Source of the DNA: Patescibacteria group bacterium
GTDB taxonomy: Bacteria > Patescibacteriota > Patescibacteriia > PEXW01
Direction: 5' to 3'
NCBI GenBank assembly: GCA_041665345.1
Contig: JBAYJA010000005.1
Location: forward strand, 2,913-66,912
DNA length: 64,000 nucleotides
Both the position numbers and the translations under genes were made by a program. This document shows positions 17,739 to 27,609 of the stretch, in pieces. Each line of letters starts with the position of its first letter. Within the stretch, counting starts at the first letter, position 1. Below the pieces are notes generated by a model that worked only from the letters and a program-made list of their open reading frames with translations, searched no databases and was not told where the DNA came from.

Positions 17739-20567
17739 GTGGGTTTTTTGCGCTATACTGAACCACTCATGATGTTCCAAAAAGCACCGGTAATTTGGCA
17801 AAAGTTCACTTCCCCCCACGCTTTCTTGGCGATTGGAGTGTTTGTGTTGGTGGGTACGTTTACGTGGATACTGCCAACTCAGGCGGCTACGTACTACGTG
17901 GATAATACAGACGCTAGTTGCAGCGATTCATTCACCACGGCGCAGAACTCCACGACCCAGCCGTGGTGTACCATTACCCGGGCAAATAGCGCGCATGCGG
18001 CGGGTGATACGGTTGTGATTAAAAAAGGCACGTACCGCGAGTCTATTATCCCCAAAGCCGGAGTGAGCAATACCCAGCGGACAGTGTACTCGGGTGCCAG
18101 CACTGATCCCTCACAAGTTCTTGTGCTGGGCAGTGATGCTGTCACTGGGTGGCAGCAGTACTCGGGAAATATTTATCGGGCGCCGTTTGTGGGTGGCAAC
18201 CAGTGTCGGGATCCAGGGGACGGCACTACGGTGGTGAACACGAACTGCTGGGTGGACCGGAGCACATGGTTGTTGCGCGGCGCCTTGACGAGTTCTGGCG
18301 ATAGCCTGTCTGACCTGAATGCAGCGGGTGAGTTTTTCTACGATGCGAACGCCCATTACGTTTACGCCTGGATGCCAAATAGCGACAGCCCGAGTAATCA
18401 CCTAGTTGAGTGCTCCAGACGGAATGTTTTTGAAACTGGTGCGTACACCCCAAATCCCGAGGTGTACAACTTTACGCTCCAGAATATTACGGTGATGCAA
18501 ACTCTGGGGCGAGGGCTGACCTTTGGCTCCAATCCGCACCGGCCGGGCAACATAACTATTCAGAATAATGAAATTGCCTTTACCACTGGGAGCAACTTTT
18601 GCGCTGACAATCCCGCCGCCATATACCATGGGAATAGCGACGATTACAGCCCAGACATTCCGAACATACAGATTCTGAATAATACGATCCACGATGCTGG
18701 GAGTCACGGCGGCCCACCTTCTGATGATCGGATTCCAAATACGCACAAGGGTGCAGGAATCGAATTTTACACGGTGAAAGATAGCTTGATTCAAGGGAAT
18801 ACGATTTACAATACCTACGGGCCCATTGGTATGAAGCGCGGCAATTCTGGCATTACCATTCAAGACAATGTGGTGTGTGACTCGTGGGAAGGGATTTGGG
18901 TGGGCCCACCCAATCTAGATGGAACGACCAGTACCGAACTGAATGCAACCGTCGTGGGGAATGTGGTGTACGATTTGAATAATTACGGCGATGCTTGGGG
19001 TTTCTACAGTAGTAATGGGAACACGACATTCAAACTCATAAATAATACTTTTGTCAATACGACGGGCATCCACATTTCTACCGATAAAGCTTCGGACAAT
19101 GACTATCGGAAAGATAATGTGCATGCCACGGTGGCCAATAATGTGGTTTCCAATCTCAAGCGTTTCCCGTATACCCAGCCCGGGTACCGTTTCCTCTCAG
19201 TGTATTGGAATGCGGTAGCAAACCTTACGTCACACAACAATCTTTACTACGATCCGACCAACACCAATTTTGGGGCGACGGCCGTTGGGGGTCGTGACAC
19301 TACGTACACGAATTACACCTCATTGCAGCAATGGCAAACTGCAACAAGTAAAGATGGTCAGAGCATTTTTAGTAATCCCCTATTTGTCAATTTCACTGGC
19401 AAGAATTTTCAACTTTCTGCAACGAGTCCAGCGGTGAATCTTGGGTCTGTTATTTCTGGAGTGCACTGCGCGCAATCTGACGACGTGAATCCAACCCAAA
19501 CCGGGTGTCGACATTGGAAAGGCGCAGCGCCAGATATTGGCGCGCATGAGTATGGCCTGAGCGTCACTACCCCAGCCACGCCAGGTGGTTCCACGCCCAC
19601 CAGCACCCCTGGAACGGTGAGTGTGCCCACCACGCCGGATACCGCTGCAAGTTTCGTAGTTGCGGTAGACGGCGGGGCTAGTCCGGCAGTGCGCGTCATC
19701 ACAGGTGGCACGTTCCAGCGTGAATTCTTCGCCTTTGAAAAAACGTTCCGTGGTGGCATGAGTTTAGCGTTTGGCGACCTGGGAACTGACGGCCAGAAGG
19801 AAATTGTGGTTGGCGCGGGCATTGGGCGGGTTGGTGAAGTGCGGGTATTTTCTACTACCGGTTCACACGTAGCGACCTTCTTACCCTACGGCAGCGCGTT
19901 TCGGAATGGTGTGAACGTGACACTTGCAGACGTGAATGGCGATGGTACCAAAGAAATTATCACCGCCCCCATGCGTGGTGACCAGCGCGTGCGAACTTTT
20001 GGGTATCGCAGTGGTCGGTACACCCAGGTGCAGCCTGAATTTGGCAGCGGCTATTTGAGCACGAGCTTGGCAGCCGGTGATTTGAATGCGGATGGTAAAG
20101 CTGAAATTGTGGTGATGTCCGAAGCGGCAGGCAGCCCAACCATACTGGCCTACGCGTTGCGTGGCACGCGGTACCAACGCATTGCCGCGCTGCAAGGTGT
20201 GTTTAGCACGCGTTACCGAACAGGCTATAGTCTGGCCGTGGGTGACGTGCAGGGGGACGGCATTCAAGATATTGTGGTTACCCGTTCGTCTATCACCGAG
20301 CCGGAAGTACGGACGTTTACACTTCGCGGGAGCAGCTTCCGTCAACAGTCAGTGTTCACGGCGCTTGGGAAAACTGCGCGTGGTGGTGGTCGCATTGCTG
20401 TTATGGACTACAATGGCGATGGGGCTGACGATATACTGCTTACCCGCAATATTCCCGCCGATCCAAAAGTCTACATCTACAGCATGGTTGGCGGCGTACG
20501 GCGCATTGGCACATTGCAGGCATACCCAGCGAACCGTCGCTTTGTGCTGGTGCCGGCGGGAAAGTAA
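17739..20567 (+). CDS. secreted right-handed beta-helix (pectate-lyase-like) protein with C-terminal FG-GAP repeats
   Basis: Signal peptide; repeated NNxI/GNxI beta-helix rungs (ILNNTIHDAGSHGG, IQGNTIYNT, VVGNVVYD). At least five FG-GAP-type DxNGDG repeats (DVNGDGTKEIITAP, DLNADGKAEIVVMS, DVQGDGIQDIVVT, DYNGDGADDILLT). Confidence 0.65.
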   Translation: MGFLRYTEPLMMFQKAPVIWQKFTSPHAFLAIGVFVLVGTFTWILPTQAATYYVDNTDASCSDSFTTAQNSTTQPWCTITRANSAHAAGDTVVIKKGTYRESIIPKAGVSNTQRTVYSGASTDPSQVLVLGSDAVTGWQQYSGNIYRAPFVGGNQCRDPGDGTTVVNTNCWVDRSTWLLRGALTSSGDSLSDLNAAGEFFYDANAHYVYAWMPNSDSPSNHLVECSRRNVFETGAYTPNPEVYNFTLQNITVMQTLGRGLTFGSNPHRPGNITIQNNEIAFTTGSNFCADNPAAIYHGNSDDYSPDIPNIQILNNTIHDAGSHGGPPSDDRIPNTHKGAGIEFYTVKDSLIQGNTIYNTYGPIGMKRGNSGITIQDNVVCDSWEGIWVGPPNLDGTTSTELNATVVGNVVYDLNNYGDAWGFYSSNGNTTFKLINNTFVNTTGIHISTDKASDNDYRKDNVHATVANNVVSNLKRFPYTQPGYRFLSVYWNAVANLTSHNNLYYDPTNTNFGATAVGGRDTTYTNYTSLQQWQTATSKDGQSIFSNPLFVNFTGKNFQLSATSPAVNLGSVISGVHCAQSDDVNPTQTGCRHWKGAAPDIGAHEYGLSVTTPATPGGSTPTSTPGTVSVPTTPDTAASFVVAVDGGASPAVRVITGGTFQREFFAFEKTFRGGMSLAFGDLGTDGQKEIVVGAGIGRVGEVRVFSTTGSHVATFLPYGSAFRNGVNVTLADVNGDGTKEIITAPMRGDQRVRTFGYRSGRYTQVQPEFGSGYLSTSLAAGDLNADGKAEIVVMSEAAGSPTILAYALRGTRYQRIAALQGVFSTRYRTGYSLAVGDVQGDGIQDIVVTRSSITEPEVRTFTLRGSSFRQQSVFTALGKTARGGGRIAVMDYNGDGADDILLTRNIPADPKVYIYSMVGGVRRIGTLQAYPANRRFVLVPAGK

Positions 20568-20666
20568 GGAACCTCAGTTTTTACATCACCACCAAGCCGC
20601 AGCTTCTCCAAGCTGCGGCGTTTAGGGCTATAGATTGAGCTTTACCACACATGGTACACTACAGCC

Positions 20667-21002
20667 ATGCGCGTAACCTGGGTCATGGTCATGTGTCCAA
20701 CCAAGGGCGAAGCCGAGACAATCGGCAACGCCTTGCTTCGGGCTAGGCTGGTTGCCTGCTACGATATTTTCCCCCGCTGGAAGGCTGGGTACTTTTGGCC
20801 ACCGAAGAGTGGGAAAATTGAAACAGCAAAAGGCACCATGCTCGTCCTTGATACGCTGCCAGCAAAAGTTGCAGCGGTTCGAAAATTGGTCAAAAGTGTA
20901 CATAGCGACATGCTCCCCTTCATTGGGTCTTTTGCCATGACCGTGGAGCCGGCGTACTATCAATGGGTTCGAAAAGAACTAACTGGTAAAAAATATGAGT
21001 AG
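20667..21002 (+). CDS. cutA: divalent-cation tolerance protein CutA
   Basis: 111 aa; VACYDIFPRWKAGYFW...HSDMLPF matches the conserved CutA1 pattern. Confidence 0.7.
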   Translation: MRVTWVMVMCPTKGEAETIGNALLRARLVACYDIFPRWKAGYFWPPKSGKIETAKGTMLVLDTLPAKVAAVRKLVKSVHSDMLPFIGSFAMTVEPAYYQWVRKELTGKKYE

Positions 21003-21588
21003 CAAATTTACACGCGCGGTGATTGTTCATGGTTGGGATGGGAGTCCGAATGGTAATTGGTTTCCTTGGGCAAAAGCCGTGCTTGAGCAGCAAGGCATCA
21101 GCACGGTGGTGCCGTCCATGCCGCACCCCAGCCAACCTGAAATTGGAACTTGGGTTCCCACCCTAGCCGAAGCTGTGGGAGAGCCATCCAGTGAACTTGT
21201 GCTTATTGGCCACAGCATGGGTTGCCAGACGATCATGCGGTACTTGGAAACGCTCCCGGCTGAGCAACATGTGGGTGCTGTCATCCTCGTCGCTGGTTTC
21301 TTTCACCTCACAGGTTTGCAAACGGATGAGGAGCGATCCATTGCGCAGCCATGGTTGGTAACACCTTTGGATTTTGCAACAATCCAAGATCGGGCGCAGC
21401 ATATTACCGTCATTCTCTCTGACAATGATCCATTTGTTCCCGTGGCTGAAAATAAGCATGAGTTTGAAACCAAACTTGGAGCCCGAGTAATAGTGCTACA
21501 TGGGAAAGGGCATTTGAATGAAGAAGCTGGGATTAGCGAGCTCCCGCTTCTTTTGGAAATCTTAGCCGAATTGCAGCAGGTGCAATGA
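20995..21588 (+). CDS. alpha/beta-fold serine hydrolase, RBBP9/YdeN family
   Basis: VHGWDGSP...W...LIGHSMGC (GHSMG nucleophile elbow); overlaps cutA by 8 nt, suggesting an operon. Confidence 0.6.
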   Translation: MSSKFTRAVIVHGWDGSPNGNWFPWAKAVLEQQGISTVVPSMPHPSQPEIGTWVPTLAEAVGEPSSELVLIGHSMGCQTIMRYLETLPAEQHVGAVILVAGFFHLTGLQTDEERSIAQPWLVTPLDFATIQDRAQHITVILSDNDPFVPVAENKHEFETKLGARVIVLHGKGHLNEEAGISELPLLLEILAELQQVQ

Positions 21589-22166
21589 CCAAGGCACGGC
21601 AGCAAAAATTGGAAGTTGTGGCCAAGCAACGTCAGGCTGGGTTCATTGTTGTGCTGGAAGACATTCACGACCCGCATAACGCCGCGGCGATTTTGCGTAC
21701 CTGCGATGCTTTTGGCGTGCAGGATGTCTGGTTCATTTTTGCTAAAGAGAAACGCTACAACCCACGTCGGGTAGGCAAATCCAGTTCGTCATCTGCAAAT
21801 AAGTGGCTGGACTTCAAGGTGTTCACTTCAGTTGCAGAATGTAGCGCCGCACTGAAAAAATTGAAGTACGAATCCGTGGGCACGGTACTGCATGACAAGG
21901 CCAAAGACTTTACCAAAGTGAGACTCACGAACAAGCGGATTGCTCTGTGGGTGGGGAACGAGCACGCTGGATTGTCCGCTGAAGCCGTGAAAGCTTGTGA
22001 CCGGCTACTGCTCTTGCCCATGCGAGGGTTTGTGGAAAGTTTAAATGTGTCCGTCATGACCGCCATCTGCGTGTACGAAATTTCCCGGCAGCGTGCTGGG
22101 CAGAGGGGGTATGAGCGATCTTCATTAGAGGTGAAGAAACTTACAAAGCAATTTGTCCAAAAATAA
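21585..22166 (+). CDS. SpoU-class RNA 2'-O-methyltransferase (TrmH-like)
   Basis: VLEDIHDPHNAAAILRTCDAFGV, GNEHAGLS and SLNVSV are SPOUT motifs; ATGA overlap with the upstream gene. Confidence 0.8.
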   Translation: MTKARQQKLEVVAKQRQAGFIVVLEDIHDPHNAAAILRTCDAFGVQDVWFIFAKEKRYNPRRVGKSSSSSANKWLDFKVFTSVAECSAALKKLKYESVGTVLHDKAKDFTKVRLTNKRIALWVGNEHAGLSAEAVKACDRLLLLPMRGFVESLNVSVMTAICVYEISRQRAGQRGYERSSLEVKKLTKQFVQK

Positions 22167-22194
22167 AAGCGCTCCTGATGAGCGCTTGTGAGAT

Positions 22195-22878
22195 TTAGGC
22201 AGTCCTGTGGAAAACTGTGGTTTTCGGCATACCCTGTTGTTTGCGAACTCGGTTGCACGCGTAGGTGAGTTCATCGGTGAAGTAGCCTGATAGGTACTGG
22301 AATCGTTTTGGTACTATCGTCGCAAAGTTTTCAATGAGCACTGGAAAAATTTCCTCTGTCTCCTTCAATTGCTTCAGTTGGAATGCTTTGGGTTCTTTGA
22401 GAATCGTTCGCATATTGTGCAAACGGTCTGCAAGTTTTACTAGGATGATCCACCAGTCTTTGGGTTCAACAGACTGCAAACCCCAGTAGTAATTCTTGCC
22501 CTCTTCCTTCGTGAGTATGCGCAAGCCACGGTACACATCTTTCCCAAAGACATGCTCCACGCCCCACCAATTGAGAATGCGTGAATCTTCGCCAAGGTCG
22601 TGGGTGAGGCCAACGCATAATGGCCGGAAGAGAAAAACCTTGCATTCCAACATGATTATGAGCGCAACACTCTTGCAGTGGTCAAAGTAGCGGGTCTTCA
22701 GGTCATGTCGGAATTGATTTTTATGGCCGTACTTTGCCAAACGGTACGCCAGCATCACTAATTCAAACTCCTGGGAGTAGAGCTGGGTCTGGGCGATCCG
22801 TTCGAATGTTGGCCGGTCAAAAATCCTCTGACTGTACCCAATCCGAATACGTCTGGGCTTCCCGGTAGTTGGTGCCAT
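22195..22878 (-). CDS. HD-domain protein of the RelA/SpoT (p)ppGpp hydrolase type
   Basis: HD...HDLGED and KLADRLHNMRT are the signature of the RelA/SpoT hydrolase domain; no synthetase domain is present. Confidence 0.6.
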   Translation of the reverse strand: MAPTTGKPRRIRIGYSQRIFDRPTFERIAQTQLYSQEFELVMLAYRLAKYGHKNQFRHDLKTRYFDHCKSVALIIMLECKVFLFRPLCVGLTHDLGEDSRILNWWGVEHVFGKDVYRGLRILTKEEGKNYYWGLQSVEPKDWWIILVKLADRLHNMRTILKEPKAFQLKQLKETEEIFPVLIENFATIVPKRFQYLSGYFTDELTYACNRVRKQQGMPKTTVFHRTA

Positions 22879-23034
22879 TGGCTCCTCCTTGTGTAGGTTC
22901 GATATTGATGTTCAGGAGAGTGTATGAGAAATGAGTAGGACTGTCAAACGTAGTATTGACAGTACGTGATGGGGATGATAGGTTTTGGGGAATAAAAGAT
23001 AAGTAAAAGTGAAACCTTCACAAAGGAGTGTATT

Positions 23035-24042
23035 GTGGATTACCCAGGATTGTCAGCGTTTTTTAGTGGGAAAATTGCATGGCACCTTCAAGCTACCGTT
23101 TTTTGCTGTATTGGGCTCTCGGTACTCATGGTAGTTGCCGTCGCATTGTTTTTCACTTTTGATCGAACAAGAAGGCTCTTGAATACCATTTGGTATGTCT
23201 GTACAATCAGTGCTTTTCTTGGACTTGGCTATGTTCAGGTTCTTAACTGGCAAGATTATAGTGAGAAGAAGGCGAATATTGTCCAGCAAGATAAGGCAAA
23301 TTGGGAAACAGCCATGCTGTTCAATGAGAAGTACGTTGCACTGGAAGCAATGCTTGCGCAAATTGTGGAAACCCCTGATCCAAATGTCTTAGAGGGTAGC
23401 GGTGCGTATTTGGACATTTTTGAACCTGCTCAGTTACGCCAGTGCAGGATCGTCACTGTGGAAGCACATAACTTCACCAAGATTTCTGGTACCACAAGCG
23501 GGTACGTGCCACACGGTGGAATCTTTAGCAGTTACGGATGGGTGAACTTGAATCAGGACGCGACAGCTGCGGTTGATCTGCGAGAAGGTCAGGCGCTCGT
23601 TCTCTCGGTTGAACAGGGTGGTGCCTACCGACGGTTGGTTTTTCCAAGTACAATGTGGCTTGACCAACAGCGGAAAGACCTCGAACAGAAGTACAAGCTT
23701 CGGGACAGTGAGCATCAAACTCACATTGATGAAATTTTCACTCAGCACACTAAAGTGATTGATAGCCTGTTTGTAGGAGCGAATGGTTTATCTACCGGAA
23801 GCGTGAGTAGCCTCTGGGCATTGCTTCAAGATAGGCGTAATCAATCCGAGGATATCATCATTGATGCTACGGCGCTGACTGGTTCCTTTGGCCAGGATGC
23901 ATATTACGTTGATGAGATAACAGTTCAGCAGGCGAGTCATTGCCCAGAGGGAATGCAAAAGCCAATTGTTAGCCCGGGCGCGTTTGCACTGCAGGCGTAC
24001 ACAGACATCACTGAGAGGTACATGCAGCAAAGGCCACACTAG
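23035..24042 (+). CDS. hypothetical membrane protein (335 aa)
   Basis: Two N-terminal transmembrane segments followed by a soluble domain; no motif recognised. Confidence 0.4.
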   Translation: MDYPGLSAFFSGKIAWHLQATVFCCIGLSVLMVVAVALFFTFDRTRRLLNTIWYVCTISAFLGLGYVQVLNWQDYSEKKANIVQQDKANWETAMLFNEKYVALEAMLAQIVETPDPNVLEGSGAYLDIFEPAQLRQCRIVTVEAHNFTKISGTTSGYVPHGGIFSSYGWVNLNQDATAAVDLREGQALVLSVEQGGAYRRLVFPSTMWLDQQRKDLEQKYKLRDSEHQTHIDEIFTQHTKVIDSLFVGANGLSTGSVSSLWALLQDRRNQSEDIIIDATALTGSFGQDAYYVDEITVQQASHCPEGMQKPIVSPGAFALQAYTDITERYMQQRPH

Positions 24043-24065
24043 TTCAACATTCCCAGCACATTTCA

Positions 24066-24090
24066 GGCTCCTAGCAATAGGAGCCTTTTT
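24066..24090 (+). terminator. terminator after CDS 23035..24042
   Basis: ggctcctagcaataggagcc followed by ttttt. Confidence 0.6.
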
Positions 24091-24204
24091 CATATCTTTA
24101 AATTTCCTAGCGACTTTCGTCGCATTAGATGATAGTAGTCAAAGTTGACGCGACTAAAGTCGCTTTGAAGGAGATAGGGACTAGCCGTAAGTGAGGGTAG
24201 TTAC

Positions 24205-26031
24205 TTACCCGCGTTTCACTGCCCGCACAATTGCCTGGCTATCAACCCCCTCGTACCGCAGGAGTTGCTCGGGTTTGCCACTATGCGGGGTTTTGCGAAC
24301 CGCGAGTGTGGTGAGTTGTACATCAATCCCAGCAATTGCCTCACGGACTGCTTCACCAATCCCACCCTGGGCATAGTGATCTTCCACTGTGATCAGGTGT
24401 TTGGTTTGCTTGGCTGCTCGGCGGAGGGTTTTTGTGTCGATTGGCTTGACGCAGTAGAGGTCAATCACCCGAGCGCTAATTTTTTTCTTCGCTAGTTCAG
24501 CCGCGGCTTTCAGGGCTTCATGCAAGGTAATGCCAGCTGCAATAATTGTCGCCACATCATGCCGGTTTTCGCGTAGGGTTTTGCTGCCGCCAATGGGAAA
24601 TGCCTCGGTGTTCTTGTACAGCACCGGGGTTTTTTCTCGCGTGGAGCGGAGGTAGACAATGCCTTTCGCTTTCGCAGCTTGTTCCACTAATTTCTCGCAG
24701 CTTACTGCATCACTGGGATAGAGCACGACGCTGTTCTGTAGCATGCGGAACATACCAATATCTTCCAAGCCCATTTGCGATGCGCCATCCACGCCAATGG
24801 AAACCCCGGCATGGGAGCCACAGGCCACCAGGTGTGTATCGCTGTACTGCGCCATGCGGAACTGGTCAAAAGCCCGGGACAAGAATGCAGCGAAGGTGGA
24901 GACAAACGGCAGTTTGCCGCGTCCAGCCAAGCCCAACGCCACGCTCACCATATTCTGTTCGGCTATGTACATTTCCAGAAATTTCTTTGGGTAGGCTTTT
25001 TGGAAATGATCAGCGAAGGTGGAATTGCTCACTTCTGCATCTAGCACAGTCAATTGTGGAAAAGTTGGTGCCAGGCGGACTAGAGCATTCCCATAGGCTT
25101 CGCGGGTGGCAATGAGCGCGCCCCGAGTGTAACTCACTTTTTTTGCGGGTTTGGCATTTGCTACTTTGAGCGCACGGCGTTTTGGCAGTGAGACAACGCC
25201 TCGAATCTTGCCGTCATACTTCCCAAGTTCGTGTAAGGCTAACCGAAGCTCGAATTTTGGTAATGCTTTGCCGTGCCAACCATTCTTGTTCTCTAGGAAC
25301 GATACGCCTTTCCCCTTCAGGGTTTTAGCAATAATGGCTGAGGGTTTGCCTTTCTCGCGTAGAGCTTTTTTGTATGCCTCAATGATCGTTGGAATATCAT
25401 GTCCGTCAACGATAAAAGTTTGCCAACCAAAAGCCTGTAGCCTTTTGGCGTAGGCGGCAACATTATGGCCCAGCATCGTTTGGCCGCGCTGACCCAGCCG
25501 ATTCACATCAATGATGGCCGTGAGGTTGGAAAGTTTTTGGAACCCGGCATACTGCACTGCTTCCCACACTTGCCCTTCAGCCATTTCACTGTCGCCCATG
25601 AGCACGAAGGTTCGGTACGTGAGCTTGTCCATCCGGCTGGCCAGCGCCATGCCCACACCCACAGATAGACCTTGGCCCAGTGAACCAGTGGCAGCTTCGG
25701 TGTATGGGAACGCTGGGGTGGGGTGGCCTTCCATCCGGCTGCCAAATTTCCGAAGAGTCAGGAGTTCGTGATCAGCAATTTTTCCCGCCGCAGCATACAA
25801 CGCGTACAGTAGGGGCGCGGCATGGCCTTTGGAAAAAATGAGCCGGTCGTTGTTTGGGTACTTTGGGTTCTTCAGGTCAGCATGAAAAAAGCCGCCAAAG
25901 AAAAGTACGGCCATCAGGTCAGCTGCAGACAAGCAAGAAGTAGGATGGCCAGAGCCAGCCGCAGTGGTTGAGCGCAGTACATCAGCCCGCAGGCGAGTGG
26001 CAAGTGCTTGCAGTTTGGTTTGGGAAGTCAT
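24205..26031 (-). CDS. tkt: transketolase
   Basis: 608 aa; GSGHPTSCLSAADL (TPP-binding), NNDRLIFSKGHAAP, and C-terminal transketolase domains. Confidence 0.9.
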   Translation of the reverse strand: MTSQTKLQALATRLRADVLRSTTAAGSGHPTSCLSAADLMAVLFFGGFFHADLKNPKYPNNDRLIFSKGHAAPLLYALYAAAGKIADHELLTLRKFGSRMEGHPTPAFPYTEAATGSLGQGLSVGVGMALASRMDKLTYRTFVLMGDSEMAEGQVWEAVQYAGFQKLSNLTAIIDVNRLGQRGQTMLGHNVAAYAKRLQAFGWQTFIVDGHDIPTIIEAYKKALREKGKPSAIIAKTLKGKGVSFLENKNGWHGKALPKFELRLALHELGKYDGKIRGVVSLPKRRALKVANAKPAKKVSYTRGALIATREAYGNALVRLAPTFPQLTVLDAEVSNSTFADHFQKAYPKKFLEMYIAEQNMVSVALGLAGRGKLPFVSTFAAFLSRAFDQFRMAQYSDTHLVACGSHAGVSIGVDGASQMGLEDIGMFRMLQNSVVLYPSDAVSCEKLVEQAAKAKGIVYLRSTREKTPVLYKNTEAFPIGGSKTLRENRHDVATIIAAGITLHEALKAAAELAKKKISARVIDLYCVKPIDTKTLRRAAKQTKHLITVEDHYAQGGIGEAVREAIAGIDVQLTTLAVRKTPHSGKPEQLLRYEGVDSQAIVRAVKRG

Positions 26032-26200
26032 GGTACTTCCATTGTACCACTCTCACCTCTCCTGTCATTGCGAGGAACGAGTCCGCGAGTGACGCGGCAA
26101 TCCCGAAGTACGTAAGAACCAAGGTTATATGCTTGTCTAGTACCGTGTTACAACGGGATTGCCACGTCGTCCCAAGACGGGACTCCTCGCAATGACAGAA

Positions 26201-26232
26201 AAATAAAAAGTACCGTCCAAATTGGACGGTAC
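26201..26232 (-). terminator. terminator after CDS 26240..26725
   Basis: gtaccgtccaaattggacggtac hairpin followed on the minus strand by tttttattttt. Confidence 0.6.
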
Positions 26233-26239
26233 AAAGTTT

Positions 26240-26725
26240 TTAGGTAACAGCTGAGGATTGATTGGCCGGAGTTCTTTTTTTTCGAATGAAGATGCCAATG
26301 GAGAATCCGATAGCACCGACGAAACTTGGCCACAAGCCAGGAATAATTTCCCAGGCAACGGATATCCAAACCCAGAGCGCAAAACTGAATCCGACAATTA
26401 GACTCGTTAGGTCGTTGCCCGCATCTTTCCATCGGCGCGAAAGCCCAGCGAAGACTCCAAGCACACCAATTGCTCCCCACCGCCAATTATCTGGGAATGT
26501 TGCAGCCTTGGTAAAAAGCATTCCAATGAGTCCGATCATACATCCCAGCCCAACGCCGATCCAGAAATCCTTCCAGCCAAATGAGCTATCCTTCTTTTGC
26601 TCTTCTTCCACTTTCCCTCCTTGGGTTATATTGTGTTTCACCGTATCTTGGCATGGGTTTTGGTGGCCGTCAAGCGCTGCCTGGACGGTCAGGAAGTCTG
26701 GTGGTAGGGTAGAGAAAAGAAACAT
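26240..26725 (-). CDS. hypothetical membrane protein
   Basis: Four hydrophobic segments; start uncertain. Confidence 0.35.
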   Translation of the reverse strand: MFLFSTLPPDFLTVQAALDGHQNPCQDTVKHNITQGGKVEEEQKKDSSFGWKDFWIGVGLGCMIGLIGMLFTKAATFPDNWRWGAIGVLGVFAGLSRRWKDAGNDLTSLIVGFSFALWVWISVAWEIIPGLWPSFVGAIGFSIGIFIRKKRTPANQSSAVT

Positions 26726-26743
26726 TTATTCAGGAGGTGAACC

Positions 26744-27151
26744 TTGAAATTTTACGTCATTACAGCATGCGTCACTGCGGCTATCATGTTGTTGCTGGTT
26801 AGCGTATTGCCCGGCGACTTGCTTACGCTTGTAGCATCGATGCTAGTCCTTAGCGGGATAGTACCCCTTGCATTTTTGGTTTTCGTTTTTGAAGGTGGGG
26901 GCGAGGTGTTTACTCCAGCTTTAGTCTGGCACCCGCCGGCCGTTTGTATTCTTACGACAGCCGCATACTTCCTAGTGTCCAGTTGGTCCTGGCTTCTGCT
27001 TTTTCTCATTCTTGGGAGTTTAGTTGCGTACGCCTTGCACCGAATTGTTGCTAGCGAATTTCCAATGCAACGCTCTTTCAGATTCCTTTGTACAGGAGCC
27101 GCACTCTGCGCCACAATATTTGTATCATTAGTAACGCAGTATCCAAAGTAG
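26744..27151 (+). CDS. hypothetical membrane protein (135 aa)
   Basis: Four predicted transmembrane helices. Confidence 0.35.
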   Translation: MKFYVITACVTAAIMLLLVSVLPGDLLTLVASMLVLSGIVPLAFLVFVFEGGGEVFTPALVWHPPAVCILTTAAYFLVSSWSWLLLFLILGSLVAYALHRIVASEFPMQRSFRFLCTGAALCATIFVSLVTQYPK

Positions 27152-27177
27152 ACAGCATCGTTTCCAAGGAGGAGAAT

Positions 27178-27552
27178 GTGGAAGACCTATGTAAGTGTGA
27201 CTGCCACACACAAGGTGCATACAACGGCGGTCTTGAGAATCGGCATCTGTGTAACTGTACCCTGTGTGCGTACTGTGGGCAGTACATCAAAGCCGGGTAT
27301 TGGGAATCGCACAGTGAAACTTGCATAGCCCGACTAGCGCTACAGCAAGTGCAGTCCGGTTGTACAGGGCCTGACTTCTGGGAATGCAGATGCATGTGCC
27401 ATTCCAGTGGCGGGGATCATTGCAAGCCCTGTTGCACACCCTGTTCGAATTGTGGCAAAAGGATTAGAACAGGATTTGAGAGCGATCATCTGACGAAGTG
27501 CAATCCTCGGTTTCGGATTTTGGCAGCTCCTGGTCCTACTCTTGCTCCATAG
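27178..27552 (+). CDS. Cys/His-rich small protein with internal tandem repeat (CxCxCH...CxCxxCxxC...H), paralog A
   Basis: GTG start 27178 preceded by AGGAGG. 18 Cys in about 125 aa. Two repeats: CKCDCH-x14-CNCTLCAYCGQYIKAGYWESHSETC and CRCMCH-x6-CKPCCTPCSNCGKRIRTGFESDHLTKC. Terminator follows at 27558. Confidence 0.45.
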   Translation: MEDLCKCDCHTQGAYNGGLENRHLCNCTLCAYCGQYIKAGYWESHSETCIARLALQQVQSGCTGPDFWECRCMCHSSGGDHCKPCCTPCSNCGKRIRTGFESDHLTKCNPRFRILAAPGPTLAP

Positions 27553-27557
27553 CACTT

Positions 27558-27589
27558 TCCCCTCACTCAAAAGAGAGTGAGGGGTTTTT
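27558..27589 (+). terminator. Rho-independent terminator
   Basis: cccctcactcaaaagagagtgagggg followed by ttttt. Confidence 0.7.
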
Positions 27590-27609
27590 CGTACAGTTAC
27601 ATTCATTTA

